DNA of 64,000 bases from Nitrospirota bacterium (GCA_963721805.1 CAVRJY010000001.1:1024001-1088000); one strand, 5' to 3'. Counted from the first letter of the stretch, positions 35,856-46,364 are shown. Translations and numbers: made by a program. Notes: generated by a model not told the origin, from the sequence alone.

Positions 35856-36944
35856 ATGAAAATCGCGATAACTGGCCTAGCTAATTCAGGTAAGACTACT
35901 ATCTTTAACGCTTTGACGGGCCTCCGGGTCGAGACGACGATCTACCCGACGACCGGCGGCGAGCCGAACCTCGGCATCGTCAAGGTGCCGGACGAGCGCA
36001 TCGACAGGCTCTCGGCGATCTTCAAGCCCAAGAAGACCACGCACTCGACGGTGCAGTACGTGGACTATCTGGGGCTCACGAAGGGCGACATGAAGCAGAA
36101 CCGGAGCGTGTTTGAGTTCGTCAAGGACTCGGATGCGCTAGTGCACGTCGTGCGCGCCTTCGAGGACCCCTCTGTGATGCATCCGCTCGACAGCGTGGAC
36201 GCGGTCAGGGACGTGGCCACGGTCGAGACCGAGCTGCTATTTGGGGACATCGAGCTTATCGACCGCAGGCTTGAGGGCATGGAACTCGGGCTAAAGCGGG
36301 GCAAGAAGCCGAACGAGGACGAGAAGCGCGTGCTCCTGAAGTGCAAGGAGGCCCTCGATGCCGAGCGGCCGCTTCGGGACGTGGAGTTCACGGAGGACGA
36401 GGACAAGGCGGTCAGCCACCTGCAGTTCATGTCCATCCTGCCCGAGACCGTGGTGCTGAACATCGGCGAGGCCGACCTGAACACCGAACGCGCCGCGAAG
36501 CTCCAGGCCGAGGTCGAGGCGTACTACGCCGGGAGGCGCGGGGTGACGGTCGTGACGCTATCGGGGAAGGTCGAGATGGACATCGCGGAGCTCGCGCCTG
36601 ATGAGGCCCGCGCGTTCCTGGACGACCTTGGGATCAAGGAGCCCGCTCTGCACCGGCTCATAAAGCTCTCATACGCCAACGTGGGGCTTATCTCGTTCAT
36701 CACCGCGGGCGAGGACGAGGTGCGCGCATGGGCCTTAAGGAAGGGCACCGACGCCCTGCACGCGGCCGGAAAAATACACTCAGACATACAGCGCGGGTTC
36801 ATACGCGCGGAGGTCGTCTCGTGCGAGGACTTCTTCAGGCTCGGCGGCTTCAGCGAGGCCCGCGACAAGGGGCTGCTCAGGCTTGAGGGCAAGACCTACG
36901 AGGTGAGGGACGGCGACATCATCAACTTCAGGTTCAACGTCTAG
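35856..36944 (+). CDS. ychF: Ribosome-binding ATPase YchF
   Basis: GLANSGKTT, VKVPDERID, AGKIHSDIQRGFIRAEV, LEGKTYEVRDGDIINFRFNV. Confidence 0.95.
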   Translation: MKIAITGLANSGKTTIFNALTGLRVETTIYPTTGGEPNLGIVKVPDERIDRLSAIFKPKKTTHSTVQYVDYLGLTKGDMKQNRSVFEFVKDSDALVHVVRAFEDPSVMHPLDSVDAVRDVATVETELLFGDIELIDRRLEGMELGLKRGKKPNEDEKRVLLKCKEALDAERPLRDVEFTEDEDKAVSHLQFMSILPETVVLNIGEADLNTERAAKLQAEVEAYYAGRRGVTVVTLSGKVEMDIAELAPDEARAFLDDLGIKEPALHRLIKLSYANVGLISFITAGEDEVRAWALRKGTDALHAAGKIHSDIQRGFIRAEVVSCEDFFRLGGFSEARDKGLLRLEGKTYEVRDGDIINFRFNV

Positions 36945-38128
36945 GAATTCATCGTCTGGCGCCAGATAGTGGCGGGATCGTGCATCAGCGGCAGCGAGAC
37001 GACGACCTTGTTGCCCGTGCCGCCCTTGCTTTCGAGCCATATCTCGCCGCCGTGGCGCTCGGCGATCCGGCGGCAGAGCGTGAGGATCAGCGTGGTGCGC
37101 TTGATGCGGTCCGACGCGGTGCCCTCGGTGTGCTTCGCGCGGCCGAAGACCGCGTCCTGCATGTAGCCCGGGATCGCCCAGCCGGTGTCGTCGACCTCGA
37201 AGAGTAGCTTGCCGGCCTCTTTTCTGAGGCCGTACCTGATGCCGCCCGCATCGGTGAGCGCGACGGCGTTGTTGAAGAGGTTGTTCACGAGAGTCTGGAG
37301 CCTCGCATGGTCGCCCCGGACTTGGAATCCCGAGCCCTGCACCTCTTCTTTGAGGGAGAGCCCGCGCTCTTTCATTACCGGCAGGTACTGCGAGGCGGCG
37401 CTGCGCATGGTATCGACGAAGTCCACCTCCTCGTCGTTCCACTCAGAGACGCCGGTGTCGATGTCCGCGAGTTCGACGACCACGTTGAGGATGCTCGCCA
37501 GCCGGCTGCCGGTCATGAGCATCATGTCGACGGTATCCCTGGCGTTCTCGATGATCTCGGCGCGCTTGCCCCTGGCGATCCGGGCGATCTGGTCCGTGCG
37601 CGATTCGGTCGAGGATGCGGCCCTGCCGCCGCGGTCGTCGGCCTTGAGCGTGTCATCGGCCAGCAGGGCCTTGAGCTTGTTGGTGCTCAGGATGATGGCC
37701 GAGAGCGGCGAGCTGAGCTCTCCGCTCAGGGTGCCGAAGAAGTCGGCGCGCAGGCGCTCGAGTTCCTGCACCTTCTCCTCGGCGTCGTGGAGTTTTTTTG
37801 CGGCCAGCTGAGAGGCGTCCTTGGCCTTGGCCATCGTGAGCTCGGCCTGGGCGGTCAGGTAGCGGACCTTCTCGCGCTCCTCGTTGAAGAGGTAGACCAC
37901 GAACGGGGCGATGATGACCGGCACGACCATCGCGTCCAGCGCGCCGATGACGAGGTAGTCGTAGCTGATGCCGCCGAGCGTCACGTAGCTTATGACCGCG
38001 TTTAGGATCACGATGAGGACGTCGGAGAGCAGGGCGACCGCGATGACCAGCTCCCACTTCTTCATCCGGGTGGCCTTATCCTTTAGCGCCGCGTCAGCCA
38101 TGCGTTTCTCACTTTCATATGCGGACAT
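36941..38128 (-). CDS. Histidine-kinase-like membrane protein with degenerate catalytic motifs
   Basis: Two TMs, HisKA-like LSGELSSPL (no His), NNLFNNA N-box, DDTGWAIP, HGGEIWLES. Confidence 0.8.
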   Translation of the reverse strand: MSAYESEKRMADAALKDKATRMKKWELVIAVALLSDVLIVILNAVISYVTLGGISYDYLVIGALDAMVVPVIIAPFVVYLFNEEREKVRYLTAQAELTMAKAKDASQLAAKKLHDAEEKVQELERLRADFFGTLSGELSSPLSAIILSTNKLKALLADDTLKADDRGGRAASSTESRTDQIARIARGKRAEIIENARDTVDMMLMTGSRLASILNVVVELADIDTGVSEWNDEEVDFVDTMRSAASQYLPVMKERGLSLKEEVQGSGFQVRGDHARLQTLVNNLFNNAVALTDAGGIRYGLRKEAGKLLFEVDDTGWAIPGYMQDAVFGRAKHTEGTASDRIKRTTLILTLCRRIAERHGGEIWLESKGGTGNKVVVSLPLMHDPATIWRQTMNS

Positions 38129-38216
38129 TATACCAGTTCGCCTGAGCGAATTGGCCGCGGCCGGTATGTGGTATATTTAGATTGCAAATTTATTTTGAAA
38201 GCCGGGAGGTGGCCAG

Positions 38217-38969
38217 ATGCCAGAGCTCATGCTTGAAGGACTTCGCCCGGAGGTGCTCGGGCGGATCGGGCCTTTTCTTGAAGACGCGTTGAGGGACCGG
38301 GGCCGCGAGATCCACTCGGCCTATGTCGTGGGCAGCGCGCTCACCGCCGACTACGTCGACGGCCGCTCGGACGTCAATACAGTGATATTGCTCCGGGACA
38401 TGGACCTTGGATACCTCGAATACCTCGCCCCGCTCGGCAAGAAGTACGGCAAGCGCCATGTCGCCGCCCCGCACGTCCTGACGAGGGACTATGTCATGCA
38501 GTCGGCCGACGTATTCCCGATTGAGTACCTTGAGATCAAGCTCGTGCACCGCACGGTGTACGGCGAGGATGTCTTCGCGCCTATTGAGATCCCTCGCGCC
38601 GCCCTGCGCCTGCAGTGCGAACGCGAGGCGCGGGTCAGGCTGATCGGGCTCGGGCAGGCCTACGTGCGCCTGATGGGGCACCCGGCAGACCTCGAACGCT
38701 ACCTCGTCGAGGCCGTATCGGATGCGATGCACCTGATGCGCGCTCTCGTGCGGCTCGTGCGCGATACCGATCCCCCGGTCTTGAAGCGCGAAGCGCTCGG
38801 TGCGTTTTGCGAGATCACGGGTGCTGACTGCGAGGCGCTGCACGAGCTCCTGCTGCACCGGCCGTCGCGCTGGTCTTCGATGTCCAGAGACGAGGTCAAC
38901 GCGCGTTTTATGAAATTATACGCAGCGATGGACAGTGCCGGAAAGATCGCGAATGACATCCAGATATAG
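38217..38969 (+). CDS. Nucleotidyltransferase-like protein of LemA/TPM operons
   Basis: VVGSALTADY..GRSDVN, SADVFPIEYLEI, LRLQCERE motifs. Confidence 0.75.
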   Translation: MPELMLEGLRPEVLGRIGPFLEDALRDRGREIHSAYVVGSALTADYVDGRSDVNTVILLRDMDLGYLEYLAPLGKKYGKRHVAAPHVLTRDYVMQSADVFPIEYLEIKLVHRTVYGEDVFAPIEIPRAALRLQCEREARVRLIGLGQAYVRLMGHPADLERYLVEAVSDAMHLMRALVRLVRDTDPPVLKREALGAFCEITGADCEALHELLLHRPSRWSSMSRDEVNARFMKLYAAMDSAGKIANDIQI

Positions 38970-39726
38970 GATCGTCGCCCTCGCTGTCCTCGTTTTCATG
39001 CTGGCGGCGGCCTCCGCGTTCGCGGCTGCGATACCGGAGACGCCTCCGGACTATGTCGTTGACCTCGCGGGCGTCATCAACGCCAATACGAAAGCCAGCC
39101 TCGATGGCTACCTAGCCGAGCTTGAGCGCAAGACGAGTGCGCAGGTCATCGTGCTTACGGTCGATACGATAGAGGGACAGGATATCGACGGGTACAGCCT
39201 GCAGGTGGCGGAGCGCTGGAAGCTTGGGCAGAAGGGCAAGGACAACGGCCTCCTGATACTCTTTGCGATGAAGGAGCGCAAGTACCGCTTCGAGGTCGGC
39301 TATGGATTGGAGGGCATCCTGCCTGACAGCGCGGTCGGGAGCATAGGCCGCGAGTACATCGTCCCGGCGTTTCGGCGCGGCGATTACTCGGCCGGGGTAG
39401 CGCAGGCAACGCTGGCCGTAGCGACGATCATAGCCAAGTCCGCCGGGGTCGAGATCACAGGGATGCCCGTGCGCGAGATATCGCGGCAGCAGCAGGTCTC
39501 GGGCAGGCGCGCAGGGCCCGGACAGCTGATCTTCATGGTCTTGATGGGTATCGTCATGCTATATTTGTTCATCCGCCACCCGAGGCTGTTCATACTCATG
39601 CTGCTGATGTCCGGCGGGGGCCGGCGCGGCGGCTGGGGTGACGGCGGGGGCGGCGGCGGGTTTGGAGGCTTCGGCGGCGGAGGCGGTGGAGGCTTCGGCG
39701 GCGGCGGGGCCTCGGGCGGCTGGTAG
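38953..39726 (+). CDS. TPM-domain protein (YgcG-like)
   Basis: VVDLAGVI, WKLGQKGKDNGLLIL, EVGYGLEGILPD, Gly-rich GGASGGW tail. Confidence 0.92.
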   Translation: MTSRYRIVALAVLVFMLAAASAFAAAIPETPPDYVVDLAGVINANTKASLDGYLAELERKTSAQVIVLTVDTIEGQDIDGYSLQVAERWKLGQKGKDNGLLILFAMKERKYRFEVGYGLEGILPDSAVGSIGREYIVPAFRRGDYSAGVAQATLAVATIIAKSAGVEITGMPVREISRQQQVSGRRAGPGQLIFMVLMGIVMLYLFIRHPRLFILMLLMSGGGRRGGWGDGGGGGGFGGFGGGGGGGFGGGGASGGW

Positions 39727-39754
39727 CACAGAACTCTAACGGAGGTCATATATC

Positions 39755-40336
39755 GTGTCCAAGGGATTAAAGATTACGCTCATAGTGGTAGCGGTCATCG
39801 CGGTTTTAGTGCTTATGACCGCAAGCTGGCTCATGAAGGGCTATAACACGGTCGTCACGATGGACGAGGAGGTCAAGAACCGCTGGGCTCAGGTCGACAA
39901 CCAGCTCAAGCGGCGGTATGACCTGATCCCGAACCTCGTCGAGACCGTAAAGGGCTATGCCACCCACGAGCGCGAGACCTTCGAGCAGATCGCGCAGTAC
40001 CGTACGCAGTATTTTCAGCAGAAGGACATCGGAGGGAAGATCAAGGCCTCAAACCAGCTCGAGGGCGTGCTTTCGCGCCTCCTGATGCTGCAGGAGTCCT
40101 ACCCGCAGCTCAAGGCGAATGAGTCGTTCCTCAAGCTCCAGGACAGCCTGGAGGGAACGGAGAACCGCATTGCCGTGGAGCGCATGCGGTATAACGAGTC
40201 GGTCAAGGCGCTAAATGCCTATATCCGAACCGTATTCGGCAGGATATTCGCTACCGTCGCCGGAGTGCATGAGGCGGCTTATTACGAGGTGCCCGAGGCA
40301 CAGAAGGAAGCGCCCAAGGTCAATTTCGGCAAATAG
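39755..40336 (+). CDS. lemA: LemA family protein
   Basis: RRYDLIPNLVETVKGYATHE, YPQLKANESF, EGTENRIAVERMRYN motifs. Confidence 0.95.
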   Translation: MSKGLKITLIVVAVIAVLVLMTASWLMKGYNTVVTMDEEVKNRWAQVDNQLKRRYDLIPNLVETVKGYATHERETFEQIAQYRTQYFQQKDIGGKIKASNQLEGVLSRLLMLQESYPQLKANESFLKLQDSLEGTENRIAVERMRYNESVKALNAYIRTVFGRIFATVAGVHEAAYYEVPEAQKEAPKVNFGK

Positions 40337-40362
40337 GGGCGCAGCCCCTGTCGCGGATGACT

Positions 40363-40406
40363 AAGAAGGGTTTTCGGGCCTGTTGGCCTGGAGACCCTTC
40401 TTCTTT
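40363..40406 (+). terminator. Intrinsic terminator after lemA
   Basis: AAGAAGGGTTTTCGGGCC / GGCCTGGAGACCCTTCTT then CTTT. Confidence 0.7.
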
Positions 40407-40498
40407 GTATGTTCGTTCTCCCTCCCGTGGCGCGCTGGTTTGACAGGGCGCGGCTCTCGTGATACAAGGAGATATAACCATATGGGGCCGGAGGGCGC

Positions 40499-41563
40499 TT
40501 GATGAACGATCATATCAGCCGGAGGGATTTCTTCAGGACCGCTGCCGCGGGGGCTATCGGACTGGGCCTCGGCGGCCCGCTCGCAGGCGGGGTCAAAAAT
40601 TATGCAGATGCCGCTTTGGAGGACGACAAGCACTCGCTCCTTATGAAGGGATCGGTGAACTTCATGGGGTTCGTGGCCAAGGAGATCACGCCCAATGACG
40701 AGTTTTACATCACGACCTACTCTGACGACGTCCCTTCGATCGACCCCAGGAGGTTCACGCTCAGCGTCGATGGGCTCGTCGACCGGCCATATGTCCTGAG
40801 CCTCGCGGAGCTCGAGGCCATGAAGGACCGCTCGGAGTTCGTGACGCTTCAGTGCATAGGCAACCCCATCGGGGGCGACGCGATAAGCAACGCGCTGTGG
40901 GACGGCGTGTCGCTCAAAAAGATCATCGAGCGAGCCGGGCCGCGCGCGGGGCTCGTGAAGACCGCGTTTCACGCCGGGGACGGGTATACCGACAGCATTC
41001 CCTACGACCTCTCGATGAGCGAAGAGGTGTTTTTGGCCTTCGCGATGAACGGCAAGCCCCTGCCGCCCGTGCACGGCTATCCTCTAAGGGTGATAGTGCC
41101 GGGCATCTACGGAATGAAGAACGTGAAATGGCTCTCGAGGATCGAGCTGGTCAACTACGACTTCCAGGGCTACTGGGAGAAGCGCGGCTGGTCGGACAAC
41201 GCCGAGATACCGCTCAGGTCCCAGATCCTGATGCCTATGGAGGGCAAGGCCGTCCCGATGGGCGAGTATACGGTCGGAGGGGTCGCGTTCGGCGGCAGGC
41301 ACGGCGTCAGCCGGGTGCAGGTCTCGACCGACGGCATGAAGACGTGGGGGGAGGCCTCGGTAAAGCCTCCGCTTTCCAAGTGGGCATGGTCGCTCTGGAG
41401 CTATAAATGGAGGCCATCGCGCACCGGCAAACATAAGCTCACGGTGCGCGCCTTCGACCGCTCCGGCAACGTCCAGGAATCGAAACCCCTGCTGGAAGAG
41501 TTTTTGAGGACTTTCCCTGCCGGGGCCAAGGGCCTGCACTCGGTCGAGGTCAGGGTCGCCTGA
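40499..41563 (+). CDS. Tat-exported molybdopterin oxidoreductase (sulfite-oxidase family)
   Basis: SRRDFF Tat motif; TLQCIGN, HGYPLRVIVPGIYGMKNVKWL, GYWEKRGW. Confidence 0.9.
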   Translation: MMNDHISRRDFFRTAAAGAIGLGLGGPLAGGVKNYADAALEDDKHSLLMKGSVNFMGFVAKEITPNDEFYITTYSDDVPSIDPRRFTLSVDGLVDRPYVLSLAELEAMKDRSEFVTLQCIGNPIGGDAISNALWDGVSLKKIIERAGPRAGLVKTAFHAGDGYTDSIPYDLSMSEEVFLAFAMNGKPLPPVHGYPLRVIVPGIYGMKNVKWLSRIELVNYDFQGYWEKRGWSDNAEIPLRSQILMPMEGKAVPMGEYTVGGVAFGGRHGVSRVQVSTDGMKTWGEASVKPPLSKWAWSLWSYKWRPSRTGKHKLTVRAFDRSGNVQESKPLLEEFLRTFPAGAKGLHSVEVRVA

Positions 41564-41601
41564 ATTGGTGAGCCCATCCGGTGCAGAGCCCAGCCCTTGA
41601 T

Positions 41602-42309
41602 ATGACGCCCACGGATGGCCGCCTGGCAAGGAAGGCCGCGGTCGCGGCCGCCATGGCGCTGCTCGTTATCGCATTTCTGGCGTTCGGGCTTGGCCGGTAT
41701 TTCTCGCTGGATTACCTGAAGGCATCCCTGGCCGGATTTAACGAACTGTATGCGGGGCACAGGATTGCGGTCATTGCCGCGTACATGGCGGTGTATATCG
41801 TGATGGCCGCGCTCTCGCTTCCGGGGGCCGCGATAATGACCATCGCGGCAGGGGCGATGTTCGGGCTCGCAGCCGGTACGATAGCGGTCTCTTTCGCGAG
41901 CTCGATAGGGGCCACTCTTGCGTGTGCGGCATCGAGGTTCGTGCTCCGCGACTGGGTGCAGCGGAGGTTCTCCGGCAGGCTTATGGAGGTCAACGCCGGG
42001 ATCGCCAGGGAGGGCAATTTCTACCTCTTCAGCCTGAGGCTCATACCGGTATTCCCGTTTTGGCTCATCAACCTCGTGATGGGGCTGACGCCTATGCCGC
42101 TTGGGAGCTTCTATTGGGTCTCGCAGGCCGGGATGCTCGCCGGGACTATCGTATACGTTAACGCGGGCCGCCAGCTGGCCTCGCTTAATTCGTTATCCGG
42201 AATCCTTTCGCCGGGGCTGATAGCCTCATTCGTCCTGATAGGGGTATTCCCGATAGCCGCAAAGAGGCTTCTTGGCTGGTACAGGTCGCATTGGAGGACA
42301 GATGGCTGA
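41602..42309 (+). CDS. TVP38/DedA (VTT) family membrane protein
   Basis: ALSLPGA, ASSIGATLA, LRLIPVFPFWLINL motifs. Confidence 0.9.
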   Translation: MTPTDGRLARKAAVAAAMALLVIAFLAFGLGRYFSLDYLKASLAGFNELYAGHRIAVIAAYMAVYIVMAALSLPGAAIMTIAAGAMFGLAAGTIAVSFASSIGATLACAASRFVLRDWVQRRFSGRLMEVNAGIAREGNFYLFSLRLIPVFPFWLINLVMGLTPMPLGSFYWVSQAGMLAGTIVYVNAGRQLASLNSLSGILSPGLIASFVLIGVFPIAAKRLLGWYRSHWRTDG

Positions 42310-43753
42310 TTATGATTTCGATATAGGGATCATCGGCGGGGGCGCGGCCGGGCTGACCGTGGCCTCGGGCGCGGCCAGATTCGGCGCGAAGGCCCTGCTT
42401 ATAGAGAAAGAGCCCGCCTTGGGCGGCGACTGCCTGCACTACGGATGCGTGCCGAGCAAGACTCTGATCAAGACAGCACACGTCCGCCACCTGATGGCAG
42501 AGGCAGCGAGGTTCGGGCTTCCCGCACCTGAGCTGCGGCCCGTTGAGTTTAAATCCGTCGCCGAGAGGATACGCTCTGTCATCGGAAGGATTCAGGAATA
42601 CGACAGCGTCGAGCGGTTCTGCGCGCTCGGGGCGAGGGTCGAGTTCGGCGACGCCTCTTTCGTGGACGAGCACTCGGTATCGCTTGGCGGAGATCGTTAC
42701 TCGGCCCGAAACTGGGTGATCGCCACGGGTTCATCGCCCGCGGTGCCGCCTATCGAGGGCATCGACCGGACTCCATATATAACTAACCGCGAGCTGTTCT
42801 CGCTGGAATCTCTGCCTACCTCTATGATCGCAATCGGGGGAGGGCCGGTCTCGATAGAGATGGCACAGGCGTTCAGCAGGCTCGGCACGAAGGTCACGGT
42901 CGTCGAGCTCGGCAGCCAGATCCTCGGCGCGGAGGACAGGGACATGGCCGACGAGGTCATGGCCACGCTCGAGGCCGAGGGCGTTACGTTTCACCTCGGA
43001 GCGGCCGCGCTTAAGATGGAAGACCTCGGGTACGAGCGCGAGCTACAGATCAAGGCCGCCTCGGGCGAGACCGTCAGCCTGAGGGCCGAGACTATACTGG
43101 TGGCGGCCGGCAGGCGGCACAACCTCGCGGGCCTGGGGCTTGAGGGGATATCGCTGGAAATGGATAAGCGAGGTCTCAAGCTCGACAGCCGCCTGAGGAC
43201 CAGCCACAGGCACATTTATGGCGCGGGGGACGCGACCGGCGCGTACATGTTCACGCACGCGGCCGGGTACGAGGGCGGCATAGTGCTTGCAAACGCGGTC
43301 CTGCACCTGCCGCGCAGGGCCGACTATACCTACCTTCCGTGGTGCACGTATACCGACCCGGAACTCGCGAGCATCGGGATGAACGAGAAGCGCGCGAAGG
43401 CCGCTGGCATCGGCTACACGGTATGGACCGAGCGGTTCAGGGACAACGACCGCGCGCTTGCAGAGGGCGAGGATTCAGGGAAGATCAAGCTGCTCGTGGG
43501 TGATATGGACCGGCCGATAGGCATACAGATCCTGGGCCCGAGGGCCGGAGAGCTCATCGGCCAGTGGGTAACGGTGATGAACGCCAGGACGAGGCTCTCG
43601 AGCGTGGCTTCGAGCGTGAGCCCGTATCCGACGCTCGGGGAGATCAACAAGAGGGTGGCAGGGACGTTTTTGAGCGAGAAGGTATTTTCCGACAAGGTCA
43701 GGGGGGCGCTCAAGTTTTTCTTCGGCCTGAAGGGCAGGGCCTGCGGGCGATAA
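42302..43753 (+). CDS. FAD-dependent pyridine nucleotide-disulfide oxidoreductase (MerA/LpdA-like)
   Basis: GGGAAG, GGDCLHYGCVPSK redox centre, FTHAA, TYTDPE; no C-terminal CC. Confidence 0.9.
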   Translation: MADYDFDIGIIGGGAAGLTVASGAARFGAKALLIEKEPALGGDCLHYGCVPSKTLIKTAHVRHLMAEAARFGLPAPELRPVEFKSVAERIRSVIGRIQEYDSVERFCALGARVEFGDASFVDEHSVSLGGDRYSARNWVIATGSSPAVPPIEGIDRTPYITNRELFSLESLPTSMIAIGGGPVSIEMAQAFSRLGTKVTVVELGSQILGAEDRDMADEVMATLEAEGVTFHLGAAALKMEDLGYERELQIKAASGETVSLRAETILVAAGRRHNLAGLGLEGISLEMDKRGLKLDSRLRTSHRHIYGAGDATGAYMFTHAAGYEGGIVLANAVLHLPRRADYTYLPWCTYTDPELASIGMNEKRAKAAGIGYTVWTERFRDNDRALAEGEDSGKIKLLVGDMDRPIGIQILGPRAGELIGQWVTVMNARTRLSSVASSVSPYPTLGEINKRVAGTFLSEKVFSDKVRGALKFFFGLKGRACGR

Positions 43754-43754
43754 C

Positions 43755-44735
43755 ATGGAGTTTCAGCGAAGGATAGAGGACGAGCTCGGAGGGCCGCTTC
43801 GGGCAGGCGCGGTCGAGGTCATGCAAGTCAACCTCGGCTACCGCTGTAACATGTCATGCAGCCACTGCCATCTCAATGCAGGCCCGGCAAGCCAGAATGC
43901 GATGGACAGCGCGACGGCCGACGCGGTGCTCGATGCCCTCATCGCATCCAGCGCTGCATGCCTTGACGTCACGGGAGGCGCGCCGGAGCTGAACCCGGTA
44001 TTCAGGCGGATGGTCGCGAGCGCCAGGGCCGCCGGAAGGCACGTGATCGCCCGGAGCAACCTGACCGTGTTTTTCGAGGACGGGCAGCAAGACCTGCCGG
44101 AGTTCTATGCAAGCCATTCGGTGGAGGTCATCGCCTCGCTGCCGGCCTATACCGCGGGCGAACTCGACCGCGTGAGGGGCAGGGGGACGTTTGAAAAGAG
44201 CATCCTTGCGCTTAAGAGATTAAACGCGCTGGGCTACGGGGATGAAGGATCAGGCTTGGCCCTCAACCTCGTGCATAACCCGCCTGGCAATATGCTGGCC
44301 GCAAGGCAGGAGGCGCTCGAGGCCGATTACAGGGCCGAGCTCGGGCGCAGGCATGGGATCAGGTTTAACAGCCTCTACGCGTTTTCGAACTCGCCGATAG
44401 GCAGGTTCAAAGAGCAGCTCGTCCGCTCGGGGCAGCTCGAAGATTACATGGGAATGATCGAGGGCGCATTCAACCCCTCGAACGTCGACGGCCTGATGTG
44501 CAAGCGGATGATAAGCGTCGCGCCGGACGGCGGGCTATATGACTGCGACTTCAACCAGGCGCTCGGGCTCGGGCTCGACGGGGCCGCATCGGTCCGGGAC
44601 GTCAAGGCGGACGGGCTCTCAGGCAGGCGGATAAACGTTGGCGAGCACTGCTATGCCTGCACGGCGGGGCAGGGCTCTACCTGAATTGGCGCGATGTCAC
44701 CCCGGCCGGTCGGCCTGGGAACGGGAAGGAGATAG
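43755..44735 (+). CDS. arsS: ArsS-type radical SAM/Cys-rich protein, predicted selenoprotein (UGA at 44682-44684)
   Basis: CNMSCSHC, VTGGAPELNP, LMC, YDCDFN, HCYACTAGQGST-UGA-IGAM; downstream SECIS-like hairpin; next in-frame stop TAG 44733-44735. Confidence 0.8.
44700..44719 (+). promoter_or_regulatory. Bacterial SECIS-like hairpin
   Basis: CCC-C-GGCC-GGTC-GGCC-T-GGG stem-loop starting about 15 nt after UGA. Confidence 0.65.
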
Positions 44736-44738
44736 GGA

Positions 44739-45758
44739 ATGGATCAGAAATCATCCGAGGAGGCGCGGCTGGAGATCGCGACGTTCGCGGGCGGCTGCTT
44801 TTGGTGCATCGTCTCGCCGTTTGAGGTCTTGGACGGCGTCAAGGATGTCCTGGCCGGGTATACCGGCGGGCAGACGGACAACTCGGGCTACGAGGAGGTC
44901 TCATCCGGCACGACCGGACACTTCGAGGCCGTGCAGGTCAGTTTTGATCCCTCGGTGGTATCTTATGGCAAGCTGCTCGATACCTTCTGGCGCCAGATTG
45001 ACCCGACCGACCCTGACGGCCAGTTCGCCGACCGCGGGACGCAGTACCGCACCGCGATCTTTTATCACTCGCCCGAACAAAAGGCCCTGGCCGAGAAATC
45101 CAGGGCCGAGCTTGAGGCCTCGGGCAGGTTCAAAAATCCTGTGGTCACCGAGATACTGCCAGCCGCGAAGTTCTATCCTGCCGAGGACCGCCATCAGGAC
45201 TACCACAAGCGCCACTCGCTCAGGTACAAATACTACCGGATGCATTCAGGGCGCGACGGGTATCTCAGGCAGGTCTGGGGCGGCGAGCCGCAGAGGACGC
45301 GGCCGCTGAGGAAGTGGATGCTCGAGGACAGGCCCTCAAAAGAGGAACTCAGAGGGCGGCTCACGGAGCTGCAATACAAGGTCACGCAGGGGCACGACAC
45401 CGAGCCGGCGTTTGATAACGAATACGCGGATAACAAGCGCGAGGGCATATACGTCGACATCGTCTCGGGGGAGCCACTGTTCAGCTCGCTGGACAAGTAC
45501 GACTCCGGCACCGGCTGGCCGAGCTTCACAGAGCCCCTGGAGCCTGAGAACATCGTCCTGCGCGATGATTCGGCATTCTTTACTGACCGTACGGAGGTGA
45601 GCAGCAAATATGCGGGCTCGCACCTGGGCCACGTATTCGACGACGGCCCCCCTCCCATCAGATACAGGTTCTGCATGAACTCGGCCGCGATGAGGTTCAT
45701 CCCCAAGGAGGACCTCGAAAAGGAAGGCTACGGGGAGTATCTGGCGCTCTTCCGGTAA
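44739..45758 (+). CDS. msrAB: Bifunctional methionine sulfoxide reductase MsrA/MsrB
   Basis: [44 protein letters not shown]. Confidence 0.95.
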   Translation: MDQKSSEEARLEIATFAGGCFWCIVSPFEVLDGVKDVLAGYTGGQTDNSGYEEVSSGTTGHFEAVQVSFDPSVVSYGKLLDTFWRQIDPTDPDGQFADRGTQYRTAIFYHSPEQKALAEKSRAELEASGRFKNPVVTEILPAAKFYPAEDRHQDYHKRHSLRYKYYRMHSGRDGYLRQVWGGEPQRTRPLRKWMLEDRPSKEELRGRLTELQYKVTQGHDTEPAFDNEYADNKREGIYVDIVSGEPLFSSLDKYDSGTGWPSFTEPLEPENIVLRDDSAFFTDRTEVSSKYAGSHLGHVFDDGPPPIRYRFCMNSAAMRFIPKEDLEKEGYGEYLALFR

Positions 45759-45764
45759 GGGCGC

Positions 45765-46364
45765 TCAGGCCTTGCGGATGAGCCTGAGGTAATCCTCGTA
45801 AGTATCGAGGTCAGAGAGCGTATCGACCGTGGCGTGGCTCAGGCCTGCCCGCACGATCAATCCGATCGTCTCGCTGCATACAGTGGGCGCGCCCCACTCG
45901 ATGCCCTGAAATATCTCAGGGTGCGGCGCGGTCATGCCTATGAGGTAATACCCCCCGTCGGACGCCGGGCCCAGGACTACATCCGAATTCCCAAGCGCGA
46001 CGAACGCGCGCATGATCACCTCGCGGCCGAGCCCCGGGATGTCCGCGCCGGTAATTATCGCCTTGGCGGCCCCCGAACTTAACAGCGCCGCAAGCGCGTT
46101 AGACATGATCTCTCCGAGCCCGCAGCCTGTTTGAGGCAATAGTTCCTCACCCGGAAGCCACCCGCTGAACTCACCCAGCTTCCCGGCTGGCGAGTAAAAC
46201 ACGCGCCTTTCGTAGCCCGCGTTTTGAGGGCTGGTATTAAGCATCACCCTTTCGGCCACTTCGCGGTATGCGTCCGCGGCCTCGGCCTCGCCAATTGCGT
46301 TAGCGAGGCGCGTCTTGACCGCTCCGGGCTCGGGGAACTTCATCATTATCCCGTAGAGGTTCAA
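45765..46364 (-). CDS. rSAM/selenodomain-associated transferase 1 (TIGR04282/DUF2064-like)
   Basis: K.PEPGAVKTRLA, Q.G.GLGE.M, GADIP, VLGPASDGGYYLIG, DLDT..D; TTG overlaps upstream stop. Confidence 0.88.
   Translation of the reverse strand: MNLYGIMMKFPEPGAVKTRLANAIGEAEAADAYREVAERVMLNTSPQNAGYERRVFYSPAGKLGEFSGWLPGEELLPQTGCGLGEIMSNALAALLSSGAAKAIITGADIPGLGREVIMRAFVALGNSDVVLGPASDGGYYLIGMTAPHPEIFQGIEWGAPTVCSETIGLIVRAGLSHATVDTLSDLDTYEDYLRLIRKA

Noticed and set aside
35396..35859. ORFs 35396-35605 and 35608-35859 as genes
   Set aside because: The homologous copy at 56359-56790 has indels and stops in these frames, so the conservation is non-coding.
39610..39726. GGC-rich tandem repeat
   Set aside because: Ordinary Gly-rich tail of TPM-domain proteins.
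42302..43753. Mercuric reductase merA
   Set aside because: Lacks the C-terminal Cys-Cys pair and any mer operon context.
44739..45758. MsrAB as a second selenoprotein
   Set aside because: Catalytic positions are ordinary Cys codons (GCFWC, RFCMN) with no in-frame UGA.
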